A program made the position numbers and the translations under genes. Below the pieces are notes generated by a model. That model was given only the letters and a program-made list of their open reading frames with translations, was not told the DNA's origin and searched no databases. Source: the human T2T-CHM13v2.0 reference genome, Homo sapiens. Taken from it: DNA of 64,000 nucleotides. Shown here piece by piece: positions 25,249 through 38,564 of the stretch (positions are counted from its first letter, which is position 1; every line of letters begins with the position of its first letter). The DNA lies in assembly GCF_009914755.1 (NCBI RefSeq), contig NC_060928.1; one strand, 5' to 3'.

Positions 25249-25621
25249 TGTTAGGGTCTGAATGTTTTATGTTCCCCTATCGCCAAAATTCATATGTTGA
25301 AATCTTGATCCCCAAGATGATGGTGTTATGAGGTAGGGCCTTTGGGAGGTGATTAGATCATAGGGGAAGAATCCTTATGAATGGAATTAGTGCTCTTGTA
25401 TAAGAGGCCCAAGAGAGACCCTTTGCCCCTTCCACCATGTAAGAACCCAGCAAGAAGGCACCCTTTATGAACCAGAAAGTGGGCCCTCGCCAGACTGAAT
25501 CCACCAACACCTTGATCTTGGACTCCCTAGCTCCAAGATCTGTGAGACCTAATATTTTCTACTGTTTATAAGCCACTCAGTTTATGGTATTTTGTTATAG
25601 CACCCCAAATGGGTTAAGACA
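25249..25621 (+). mobile_element. MLT1A0-like LTR
   Basis: GGGCCTTTGGGAGGTGATTAG...ACCTTGATCTTGGACT...TTTTGTTATAGCA...TAAGACA; TSD ATTAT/TTTAT. Confidence 0.88.
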
Positions 25622-25650
25622 TTTATGATATTTGTACATTTCTTTTTCCC

Positions 25651-26418
25651 CCCTTGCACACTGTTAGTGGAAATATAGATTGGTGTAGCCACTATAGAAA
25701 ACAGTATGAAGGTGCCTTAACATTAAAAACAAAACTATCATATGATCTGGCAATCCCACTTCTGAGTCTATATTCAAAGGAAATAAAATCAATATGTCAA
25801 AAAGATATCTACACCCGCATATTCATGGCAGCATTATTCACAATAGCCAAGATATAGAAGCAATTAAATGTCCATCCAGAGATGAATGGATACAGAAAAG
25901 ACCATACAAACACACACAGGAATATTAATTCAACCTTAAAAAAGAAGAAAGTCCTGCCATTTATGACAACGTGGATGAACCTGGAGGACATTATACTAAG
26001 TGAGGGAGGCCACGCACAGAAAAACAAATACTAAACTACTTATGTGATGAATCTAAAAGAGTCAAACTAAAAGAAGCAGAGAGTGGAATAATGGTTTCCA
26101 GGGGCTGGGATGAGGCAGAAACAGGAGGTACAAAGTTTTAGTTATACAAGATACTAGAGATCTACTGTAACAATAATGTATTGTATACTTGAAAATATGC
26201 TAAGAAGATAGATCCTATATTAAGCATTCTTATCATATACACACAAAATTATAATAAATATGAAGGCAAGAATAAATTTTTGGAGGTGATGGATAGGTTT
26301 ATGGCAGATTGTGGTAATGGTTTCATGGGTCTATACTTATCTCCAAACTCATTGTGTACATTAAATATGTACAGCTTTGTGTATGGTAATAATACCTCAA
26401 TAAAGTGGTTAGAATAAA
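25651..26418 (+). mobile_element. L1MA10/L1MB1-like 3' end
   Basis: GCAATCCCACTTCTG, GGATGAACCTGGAGGACATTAT, TACCTCAATAAAG. Confidence 0.88.
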
Positions 26419-26931
26419 GAATCCCACAAAAGGCAATCCTCCACAGGTGTAAATAAGTTGAGTGTGTTCAGTGTGCCCCTTCTGTTGAGTATGTTTAGGG
26501 ATTCTTGCTTCCTTGATGAACCTCACTTTTGCCATACACCTCCCATGGAACTGAGGAGGATATTTTGAGAATTTTCCAGTACTTCAGGCTGTCTGACAGA
26601 CTCTCAGTAGATGTGCAAACTTTCCCAGGTGCTGTGAACTGTACATTCTGTTTATAGTCTGAAATTGAAGTACATTATTTGGTTATATCAATGCCTTGGT
26701 GAACACAATAATCTATGCGCAAGGACAAATTATAACTGTAAACATTTGTTACACATGTAACATACAGAGAGGTGAAATCAACTTGCACACTTGAATAATC
26801 ACATATTATGATAATTGTAAGAGAAGTAAAGGTAATTTAAAAAGTATATTTGGCTTTTGTTCAAGTTTTAAATATTAAAAAACCAACCACTAGACCATTA
26901 TATTTTCAGTGTAATATCAGATCAAGGAGGC

Positions 26932-27292
26932 TGATAATGGCGTGGCTGTGTCCCCACCCAAATTTCATGTCGAATTGTAATTTCCACAGTTCCCACCTTT
27001 CATGGGAGAAACCCAGTGGGAGGTGATGAATTATGGGGGCAGGTCTTTCCTGCACTGTTCTCGTGATAGTGAATAAATCTCATGAGATCAGATGGTTTTA
27101 AAAAATGAGTGTTTCCCTGCACAAGCTCTCACTTTGCCAGCTGCCATCCATGTAAGATGTGACTTGCTCCTCCTTGCCTTCCACCATGATTGTGAGGCCT
27201 CCCCAGCCATGTGAAACTGTATGTCCATTAAACCTAATTTTCTTCGAGTCTCGTAGATGTCTTTGTCAGCACTGTAAAAATGGACTAATACA
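26932..27292 (+). mobile_element. THE1 (THE1A-like) solo LTR
   Basis: GGCTGTGTCCCCACCCAAAT...TTTCCCTGCACAAGCTCTC...GGACTAATACA; perfect 5-bp TSD GAGGC. Confidence 0.93.
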
Positions 27293-27651
27293 GAGGCTGT
27301 TGTCTACTTAACTCGTTCAGAAAAATGCAGCTTTTGATAAAATTTTGAACTAAAAATTGGAGATTGGGCTACTTCAATTATTTTTCAAAAACACCACTAA
27401 TACATGATTGGGTGGTTGGAGATGGTCTGAGAGATGGATTTTTCCTGACATAGAAAATCAGCTAATATTCTCTTGAATCATACCTATGTAGGTGAAGCCA
27501 GATTTCTCGTTTAAATAATCTTTGGTTAGTGTGAGGTGCAGCCCATTTCTGAAAGGTTAGGAGTCAGCTTTTGTTAGCTGAGCTTAGTTCATTGATTCCA
27601 TACTTTCATTTAGAAGTTCCTTTTCTTCTCAATTTGTATTTTAGGAATGAG

Positions 27652-27871
27652 AAGACCATCCTGGATAACACAGAGAGACCCTGTATCTACCAAAAAAAAA
27701 AAAAAAAAAAAAGTATTAGCCAGGCATGGTGGTGCATGCCTGCAGTCTCAGCTACTCTGGAGGCTGAGGAGGAAGGATTGCTTAAGCCCAGGAATTCAAG
27801 GCTGCAGTAAACCATGATCTCACCACTGCATTTACGCCTGGGCAACAGAGTAAGACCTTGCCTTTAAAAAA
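27652..27871 (+). mobile_element. AluJ, 5'-truncated, expanded middle A-tract
   Basis: GGATTGCTTAAGCCCAGGAATTCAAGGCTGCAGT is a J-type right arm; flanks AGGAATG(A/T)GAA. Confidence 0.9.
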
Positions 27872-28882
27872 AGGAATGTGAAAACATTATTAATATTTAC
27901 TTATCTTAGCAAGGTTTTCTATCCTAATGCAGAAGTCAATATTATGTTAGCCTCTCTTCAATTACAAAAGAACTATTAAATAAGCCAAAATTTTCTGAAA
28001 GTCAATCTCCACTTAGTAGTTTTCTTAAAGAATTGATTAATGGCTGATATAATAAACCATTTTTCTTTTGGCTGGAAAAATACTGTTAAACCATTCAATT
28101 TCATACCAATAAAGCAGTTTTTAGACAAATGTTATAATTGAACTGGATAACTATTAATTTGATTCAGACTTGCTAGGATCAGCCAAGCAACCAGTATTTG
28201 CTAGTCTGTTACAATAAAGGCTTAACATTAAATTTTCTGTTCCTGTTGTCACCAGGTTATAATTTCCTCAGAGATCAGTCCTTGAAGAATTAAATAAAAG
28301 CCATTTAGCAATTAGTCCATGAAGGTGTTAAAATTGTCTTATAGTTCATTAGTTACACTTTGATGTTGCCAGCTTCTACTAAATAAATCAAGGTTTAGGC
28401 AGTAGGGAAGGAAGAATGTTTTAATGGAGACTTTATTGCAACTGGTAATTACAAAAGATGAAGAAAAGTTTAAGCTTATCTAATAATGGTAATAACATAA
28501 AGTCTGATATTCAAATGTCATTTAAGCACTTTTCATTAAGAGATGATATGGGAAATAGGAAGGAATACATTGACCCATGGAAAATTAATGATGCGGCATG
28601 CACACAGACACATCCCCACTTCTGATAAATGACACTCATCACCAAATACAGTGCACATATGTAGAGACATCATTATTAAGTTAGAGATTAGATACAGCTT
28701 TTTTTTTTTGGAGTATGAGTACCTTAATAATAGGCCTCACATTTATAATTCTAAAATCTAGAATTTACAGCTAGCCCTTTCATTTGAAAAATAGTCAGAA
28801 AGCTTAACCTTATTTAGGGTCACTGTAGGTCAAGCTGATTTCTGTAGAATTCAAAATAAGGGGCTGCAAATATGGCTCTTAC

Positions 28883-28990
28883 CTTGGGAATGGTGAGGAT
28901 GACTGCCAGCAGTCCCCATGGCTTTTTCCTCTCACTTTACTTTGAGAGGATTGGGGGAGGTAGGAATCACGGGAGGCTCTGGAGTCTTAG
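28883..28990 (-). other. Candidate 108-nt non-coding exon
   Basis: Acceptor TTTGTCTGTCTTTCCACTCTCCAG| and donor CAAG|GTAAGA; stops in all three frames. Confidence 0.3.
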
Positions 28991-31074
28991 CTGGAGAGTG
29001 GAAAGACAGACAAATCAAGTCATAGAACTTCTAAACCCTGCTGTCTCTTGCACTTGTCCTATGCTTCTCGTCCAAGTTGTATGGACTGATTCAATAGCAC
29101 CTCAAATCATCTTGTGTATGAGAATGGGAAGATTTGGGAGGAGCATAAACTGGGCTTAGCAATAGTTAGTAGTGCTTACTATTGGGAAGTCATTAAGAAT
29201 AGTGCCTTAGCTATTCAGAGAATTGACAGCTTACCTGCTTTCTTGAAATTGTCTTTGAATTTCTATTTTCAGAAAGAGGAGAAAACAAATATGCCTGCAC
29301 TATGTATGCCTGCACTATGACAGGACTATTTTTTTTTAAGAAACACCAGATACATAAACTTTGCAGTGGAGGATAAACCATGTTCAAAAAGAAACAAACT
29401 CAGAAAGGAAGAGGGAAGGGTCATATGTATAGAATATGAAAGTGGATTTAATCACATGTATATAAAGAATTGTCCAAATGGCTAGCCAGATAAATACGTC
29501 TCATATTTTACAGTTCTGGTGTGATGAAAAGATGTTCTTTTACTACCTTGATAATCACACTTATGACACATAAGAAAAAAAATACAAAGTCAACCAAAAA
29601 TAAATTCCTAGTTTTCAAGTCTGATGGTGAACAGAAATAGCCAGCCTTTGATAAGGTTTCTGATTTAATTATATACTTCCATATATCATAGAAAATATTT
29701 TGGTTATCATTGTTCTTCACGGAATTAAAAAGCATTACTAGATGTCTAAAAAGTTGCTACTTTAAAGAACTCTATAAGAACATTTGGGAAAAAGGTTTAG
29801 AAACCCAGGCAACTTTACAAATAGATAACTAATAATAATTATCCTAGAATCATGGAAATAAAAGATACTATAAGATCCATCCTTTTGTTTTTGTCCCACC
29901 TTTGTCTTCCCAGAACATTTTGTATTCTGTCCTATCAGGTAGTGTTCTTTCCAGGGTAATACATTGCGGTTAAAAAATGTAATAAAATATATATAAAAGC
30001 ATTTTATATAGATAAATAGGAAGCAATTCACTCTTTAAAGAAAACTTGTAAAACGAGTTGCTAATGCCAAAAGGAGTAGAAAAGCTGTGATTTGTATTAA
30101 CTCTGTTTGCAGGTTGAGACAGGGCTGGAGTGAGCGTGGAGCATGTTCTTCAACTGCAATTGCCTGTCTTAGGTAACAGGATAATTCTCTTTCCTTAGTG
30201 ACTGCCTCCATCACATTCACGTGAGCAGCCAGTACATACTGGGGTGAAGGTGGGGGTGAAATAGGGGGATCCTTAGGGTGTCTTCCTTCCAACCCATCTC
30301 AGTTGAGCATATTTGTTGTAAAAATCAAAGAAACTCTTCAGTTTTGCAATATAATTCTTTGCCATTTCTGATCATAGTGGAGATTCTTTAGGAAATCTTA
30401 ATGTCTCCGAAGCTTTCAAATAGAGAAAACAGAGCTCATATGTGTCCTTCACACTGTGGAAACAGGCTGTTTGTTGAACAGTCTTTTATGAGACTTGTCT
30501 TATTTTGTAATGTGACATTAGTCATTCTTGACCAATCATCTTGATGTCTCCATTAGGTTCTGAATGACCGGACCCTTCTAGGCACTGTTGTGTATCCAAA
30601 GTCTTAATCAGTAGTGTAAGTAATTTCTAAATTAGCAGGCCTTAGAAAACATTAATGTACCAAGCCTTACCTCAGTTTAGGTTTACAAGATATTTTACAT
30701 TATAAAGCTCATTAACATTACTAATACTTATCTATTTATAACAAAATACTCCATATTACTCACTCTCACTCTACAGACCATATCCACAAGGATGGACATC
30801 TGATATCCAATTTGTTACTGTAAACATTTGTCGAACATTTTATTTGACCCCATGTTAAGCCCAGGGATGTAAAGAAAACTAAAACAATAAAGAAGGCAGA
30901 CATCTATAGGAAAACAAAATAACCAAAGTAAAATAAAGCCCAATTGACTTTAAATATAGGGGTAAGGGGTTCCAGTCATATCATTAGACCTTGAAGTCAA
31001 TATTATATTTTTAACATAATAGTTTCTGAGGCTATCAGGAAAACTATAATGTTTAAATGCACATTCTGTTTAAG

Positions 31075-31172
31075 AAGGCATGGAACACAGGTATATACCT
31101 ATGGAAACATTCATCAAGCTATATACGTAAGATCTGTGTACTTTTGGTATGTAAATTATAACAATTAAAAGA
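31075..31172 (+). mobile_element. Old L1M 3' end fragment
   Basis: CATTCATCAAGCTATATACGTAAGATCTGTGTACTTT..TATGTAAATTATA. Confidence 0.6.
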
Positions 31173-32160
31173 AAGAACATATGAAAGTATAGATTATATC
31201 CAGCATCACTAAAAAAAGAGAGGCTCCTTTGGCCAGTCTTTTACCTATTTCACTCACTTATTTGGAATATTTGTTCTGTACAGCTCAGGATTTTTGTGTT
31301 CTAATGTGTAGTGTGCATTAGTATAATATTAAATTCTTTATCTCATCATTACTTTTGGTGAATAATTTTACTTCTTATACAGGATTTTTAAGTACCTGCT
31401 TATTTTTCTAATGCTTATAATATGCATACAATATAATTTTCATACTATATTAGTATCACATTCTTCAGTCTCATGTGAGAGACTAAATACTATAATTATG
31501 AAAAGAACTTCATGTTGTGTCATGATTCGGGGATTTTCTAGAACACTGGGTTAGGCCAGATACATTTTCCACAGTGGTCACAGATCTAGAAGAAATATTC
31601 TCATGCCCTGAAGCCCTGGCAGCACCCCAGAACCCCAGACTGTGGGGTTACAGGTCTTTATTCTGAACATTATGAAACTTCCTCCTAAACAATAGATAAA
31701 TTGATTTTGTGGTCAGAAAGCCTGTGCTTAGATATAAGACAGGCTACAAATGTGAATTTATGCAGTTTGGAGAAGGCATAGAGATAATGTCAACTTTAAT
31801 TCCTGTTTTTTCCCAAACACAGAGAATAGGCCAAAGGTCATGTGTGGAAATTAAAAAAAAATGGAAAACAGATGTTAGGAAGCTCACTATAGGAATGGAA
31901 ACACAAGCAGCACTGAAAATTATTTAAAAGCAAAGCAAAACAAACCTTTGCTTAAAAAAAATCTAGAAAGTGATTATCTTATGAAGGTTCTATTTTCATA
32001 ATGATTTGTTTAACACAGTTTGACTTTTTACTATTTTTCTGAAGTTTAATTTTATATAATCTTTATATATATAAAAGTTTAATTTTATATAATCTCTTCC
32101 TTACATCTAGAGACAGAATTTGGGAGCAAAACAAGATTTTAGAATCTGCCCATTATAAAT

Positions 32161-32271
32161 TCCTAAAAAGATGATGCCTGGAGAATAGCCTCTTCTCAAA
32201 AACCAAAATACAACCATCATCCTAAAAAGATGATGTCTGGAGAATAGCCTCTTCTCAAGAACCAAAATACA
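32161..32271. repeat. 52-bp direct repeat with 7-bp spacer
   Basis: 32161-32212 vs 32220-32271, two mismatches. Confidence 0.95.
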
Positions 32272-32807
32272 GTCACTTTATCCCTCAAATAATCAAACTT
32301 TAACTTAAAAAATGTTTGTCTTTCAGTTGACAGTGGTGTTACTTTTCAAAATGCTTATTATTCTTAAATTTTCATTCCATTAAGACACATTAATACATTT
32401 CCTTGACATTAGTAAGAGCCATGCCAATTTATTGTGGTGAAAATAGATAGGTATAATTTCATGTTAGATTATAAAATACACCCTAATGACTCTCAAATGG
32501 ATTGTCAATTCTTTTGTGCTTAAAGAAGATCTATGTATTTGACATGTTTTGACTTTTTATATATGATCTTCAGCCAAATAAAAGAAGATACTGCAAGATC
32601 AATGAAATGTATGGATGATGATCTGAAACTTTATAAACAAACACACAGTGGACCTCTAGACTCTATCTTGAAACTTTTCTCTGTGTTGTGTTTTAAAAAT
32701 CCAGATAAGATTCATAAAAATGAAAGAAATGTAATATGATTAAGAAGGAATTTCTAAAATTTTAATAAAACCAAAATTAAGAGGAATTATTAAAAATACA
32801 TATTCCT

Positions 32808-33582
32808 ATTGCTGTTGTAATCTTTGTGTAGGAATGCAGAATAAGCTTACTCAATGTTTTCTTAAATTAAATAGTTATTAATCTTCCAGATATCACCATT
32901 TGTTGGAATTCAAGAGTTATGAATGGCCCTCACCATACCAATGCTTTCTGACTGAACTCCTCTCTATGCTAAATGCAAGAGACCCAATAGTTAGGCAGGT
33001 ATAACTTCACCCCTATTCAGCCTGAAGAAGTTACAGAAGACTGATCGTCGTCCCTCTGCAACCCCTAGGATTAAGGGTTCTCTTATAAAAGGGAGGGGGG
33101 AAATGTCAGAGGCATTAGAACCAGAGCAACTCCATTTTGAATAGAGGCTGAGGAAAATAAGGCTGAGACCTGCTGGGCTGCATTTTCAGGAGGCTAAGGC
33201 ATCCTAAGTCACAGGATGAAATAGGAGGTCCGCACAAGATACAGGTCATAAAGACCTTGCTGATAAAACAAGTTGCAGTAAAGAGGCCAGCTAAAACCTA
33301 CCCAAACCAAGATGGCAATGAGAGTGTCCTCTGGTTGCCCTTACTACTACACTCCCACCAGTACCATGACAATTTGCAAATGCCATGGCAATGTCAGGAA
33401 GTTACCTATATGGTTCAAAAATGGGAGGCACAAATAATCCACCCCTGTTTAGCATATAATCAAGAAATAGCCATAAAAATGGGCAACCAGCAGCCCTTGG
33501 GGCTGCTCTGCCTATGGAGTAGCCATTTTTTTATTCCTTTACTTTCCTAATAAACTTGCTTTGGCTTTAAAAAATAAAAATG
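32808..33582 (+). mobile_element. Processed retrocopy of MER41 ERV RNA: internal 3' end, polypurine tract, MER41A U3-R and poly(A)
   Basis: Polypurine tract AAAAGGGAGGGGGGAAA at 33087-33103; LTR starts TGTCAGAGGC at 33104; ends 14 nt after AATAAA (33549-33554) in an A tail; TSD AAAAATACATATT(C/T)CT at 32792-32807 and 33583-33598. Confidence 0.9.
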
Positions 33583-34264
33583 AAAAATACATATTTCTCA
33601 GCTTATCTTTCTATTCAAAACCTCCCACTTATGGCTTTCTTGTGTGTCTATGTATTTGTTTGGTTTAGTATTAACCAATTGACTTAAATGATGACAAAGG
33701 AGAGTTGGCATGCATTTGCAGTCGGTGTGTAATTAAGAGGATGTAATTAAGGATTATTGCTGGATGTATTTACATTAGGGATGTAATTAGGAAGAAAGAA
33801 GAGTCAGTTCAATAGCCAAGGAATGGATGCCAATATGTGCTTGGAAACTCAGACACTGAAATGTATTTCTTTGTAGGAGGAACTTCCTTGGTCATCCCAG
33901 TCATGTGCTGTAAGGGCAATGAAAGCAGTGGAATAAGGAGGAGTCTGGGAGCCACTGTGCCCAGAACCATCAGCCTCAAGCAAATCATCTTCCCTTGTCC
34001 TCTTGCTCTCATCTTACCCTTCCAGACAAAATCTATGGTGTACTATTTTTATGTGCGTTCTTATTTCTCATGAGTAGACACATTAACGTGATGAGTTTAA
34101 CCATAGGTCATTTTGTTTATGAGTCTCTGGTTAAATGTTAATAGCCTGAAGTCAAGTATCAAACAAGAATTTAGAGCTAAAGATCTTGCAAGTTGTACTT
34201 ACTGCCTATCCAACAACGTTAGGATCCAGCCAATCCTGTTTCTTTATATGTTTTAATGTTATCA

Positions 34265-34503
34265 AGAGTGAACACTTACTATGCTTTTTAAATGCCAATA
34301 ACTGTTCTGAGCATCCTGGATATGTTAACTCATTTAATCTTCATGATGTGCACATGAGACAGCTACTATTATTATAATTTCTATTTTAAGGTTGAGGAAA
34401 CTAAGTCAATAGAGAGGTTAAGTAATTCACCCAAAGTCACATAGCTGGTGAGAGGCAAAGCTAGCTATGACTGCAGAATCTGTGCTGTTAACCACCATAC
34501 CAC
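34265..34503 (-). mobile_element. MIR
   Basis: AACTCATTTAATCTTCA...GAGGAAACTAAG...AGAGGTTAAGTAATTCACCCAAAGTCACATAGCT. Confidence 0.85.
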
Positions 34504-35087
34504 CATCTGTGCCTTTTTACAGTTGCTAGATAAATCTTTTGTGATCATCTCTTATCATAAGAAGGGGTAAAAATTATTGGATTGGATGTATGCTGCATTG
34601 TTCATATTGCATAGACAGTGATGGAGAGTTTTCTCCAACTGTGTAAGTCTGTTTTTTGTTCTGAATATACAGCTTGCGCCACTACAACATCACTTGACAT
34701 ACTCTCTAATATCACCATGCAGATTCATCGTCATCCTGTCTGTCGTGTGAATAACTCATAGCCTCAAGATTAGCACAATAAAAAGATTCTTAATAAAACA
34801 ACATGAGATTCTACTCAAAGACTTGAAGGAAGCTGATCTCATGTCCATTAAACTGCTAGTTGGATCTGTTTGAAAAACTTCCAAAGGGTTAGTATATGTG
34901 TTTCAGTGCAGTGTAACGAAAATTCAGGACTGGTGGGGGATTTAGTAAAAGTTAAAAGAAAAGAGAAGTTAAAATCTGAAGCAAAGCAGACTTTTCAGAA
35001 ACAATTTCTTGTTCCTCAGTTATATGGAGCCTTCATATGTAGAGAAAGGTTAACCTTAGATAGAGCTTGCCCTGCATATCAGTAATC

Positions 35088-35330
35088 TTTATTATTGAGA
35101 CACAACAACTTTATTTCATAATCATTTTCTTCCGGCCAACCAGCTGTGATTACTCAAGGAAGATTAACTAAAACCTGATGGATTTCAGCCCCTATTCAGC
35201 AATGCCAGCCAAATACTATAATTACACAGGATGCAGGCTGAGATAATGTCGACCTTGTACTTAGAGATTGTCCTAGATAAGTTGAACGGTCAGATTTGCA
35301 GGTCGGGTTTTTCAATCACTGGGGCTGTAT
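35088..35330 (-). other. Candidate terminal exon
   Basis: Long polypyrimidine acceptor ...TTTTCTTCCTCTTTTGCTGTCTCTTTCCCTTTACAG| at 35331; two AATAAA at 35115-35110 and 35093-35088. Confidence 0.35.
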
Positions 35331-36094
35331 CTGTAAAGGGAAAGAGACAGCAAAAGAGGAAGAAAAGCAAGCAAAAGACCTCTCATCATTTTAGCCATCC
35401 TGAAAGAAAGCATTTAATAAAGACAAAGACTTCAACAGATAGGAGTGGGTTCACCAGTGCAGATTTTAGAGGCTGTGTGGAGGATGTATCGTTCCTAAAG
35501 TAAATGTAATTTCTGCCCCTCCTGAGTCCATGTATTATGTGGATGGGGCGTGTGGGAGCCTTTCCATTTGGCAGTTTGCACGGCACGCTGCTGATGTTAT
35601 GAAATTTACATTAAGTTGGAAAAACAGTCTTTGTCATACCTTGTCCTTTTGGAGGAAATGGATTTCCTTAACAAGAGCACCACTTTATTTCCCCTATGAA
35701 TTCAGATATGGAACACATTGCTGCATGGCGTTCTACCAAATAGAAAGGCTGCTAAGGAAGGGCTTATTATTCTAAAAATTTTAATGACCCAGAAGCAAAA
35801 TATTTTTGGTCCTTATATTGTAGACATAAATGCTTAAGTTCAGATTTCAAGTGCCAAGACCTCTGAGATATTACTGTTGGAACTCAACCAAAGATGAGGG
35901 ATGCAGGAGGTATTTGTTAATGGTTAATGAATAATTCCCTAAATCATTTGGTTATTAACTAGTTCAAAATGCCTCACCTCTAGATCTTTGTAATTTTATT
36001 AAACTACGCAAAAGTTTCCCTGCTTTAATAAACTTTAAGTTAAATGTGAAAATATTTTACATATATCAAATGTGCTTTCCTTTTAGTTTAATGA

Positions 36095-36510
36095 TTTCTG
36101 AAATGCTGCATATTCAGACCTTTGTGCCTTTGCCCATGGTCCTTCTTTTTTAAGGGATAGCTTCGTTCCTACTCATTTTCTCCTAGTGAACTCCTATTCA
36201 TTTTTCAAAGCCTACATCAGGACAATATGTTTTTGTTATTTTTATTACAATGTTTCTTTTTCTTTCTTCTAGTAATTAATTGCTCCTTCCCCTTTGGGTT
36301 CATGGTATAATATTCCTTCCTCCATTATACTGTGTATCACGTTTTATTACTATTATTATTTTTATTAGTTAATTGGCCATTTCTCCAGCTAGAGCTCTTT
36401 AAGGACATTGATGGTGGCTTATTTTTCCTTTGATCACTAGCATAAAAGAACCAGGAACATGATAGGCATTTAATAAATGTTTTTTTGAATGCATGAGTGC
36501 ATAAGTAAAT
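36095..36510 (+). mobile_element. L2 3' region
   Basis: AACTCCTATTCATTTTTCAA...TAGGCATTTAATAAATGTTTTTTTGAATG. Confidence 0.7.
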
Positions 36511-36623
36511 AGTGAAACAGGTTATTCTAAAGAAACAGGTTAGTTTTTAGAATAGCTGCTAAATTTTTGATCTTTCAAAATATCAAAGAAGATTGTGTTT
36601 TTAATATGTAAGGCCAATTGTAG

Positions 36624-36827
<204 letters not shown>

Positions 36828-37109
36828 TGACATTGCTCTTAAAAGTATGTTAGAACACTTCCTTATTCTTCATGCATCCATAGAGAAAAGGAAAAGTCTT
36901 CTTAACTCTCCGGAAGAATTAATCAGAGGAGCATTTCTAACTTCTTTCCACCCACTCACTCACTCTCCTTCCACTGACCATTGAAAATGGGGGAAGAAAA
37001 AAGGTACGGTTGGCTCAAGGTTTTCTGGATCCTCCCCAAGTTTCTTTGGCTCTGCTGTTTACCTTCTGGCAGTCGCAACAGAGGAAACCAGCATCTTTAG
37101 ATGAGTGAG

Positions 37110-37909
<800 letters not shown>

Positions 37910-38564
37910 TTAATTTATCTGACTCCTATGTTCATCTTTACTAAGCATCCAATCTCAGGTAGGGGAAAGGAGGCATTAATTATTGTTCCCTACTACTACC
38001 AAATAAATCCAAAATAATGTCTCTAGTTGTACATTCCCAGAATATTGTGGAATTACAAAATTTTAGTGAACTCTTACTATGAATACACTGTAATTAATTC
38101 AAATTTAATATTTTAAATTACACAGTTGAGGCAGAGATACCAAACAATCTTATTTACTAAAAAAATTATTTGAGAATCACTTAATCGTCAGCCTTTTCAG
38201 AGAATGACGTCAGGCACGTAGGACTTGTAGAGGTCTAAACCCTCATCCAGTACAAGTGTTGAATAGAGACCACATTCTGGTTGAAGACACTAAGCCATCT
38301 TATTTCAGCCTGAATCTAGTAATCAGAAGCTCACTAACTCTTGATGCCTCCTGCTTGCTAGTTAGATAACTCCAAAGATTAGAGAGTACATTATTTTATT
38401 GAGTAATTTTTTTCTTTGTAAATTTTTCTAATTGTACTCTCTGGTGGAATATAAGCAAATCTATTTTATATTTTTTCCACTATAAATCTTTAGATTGTAA
38501 TGTTATTTCTTTGAAATCAGGGACCATATATCTTTCATATGCATATCCTTTCTCTGCTTAATAT

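Noticed and set aside
32161-32271. Repeat-spacer-repeat resembling CRISPR
   Set aside because: Only two units with a 7-bp spacer, in a primate context with no cas genes
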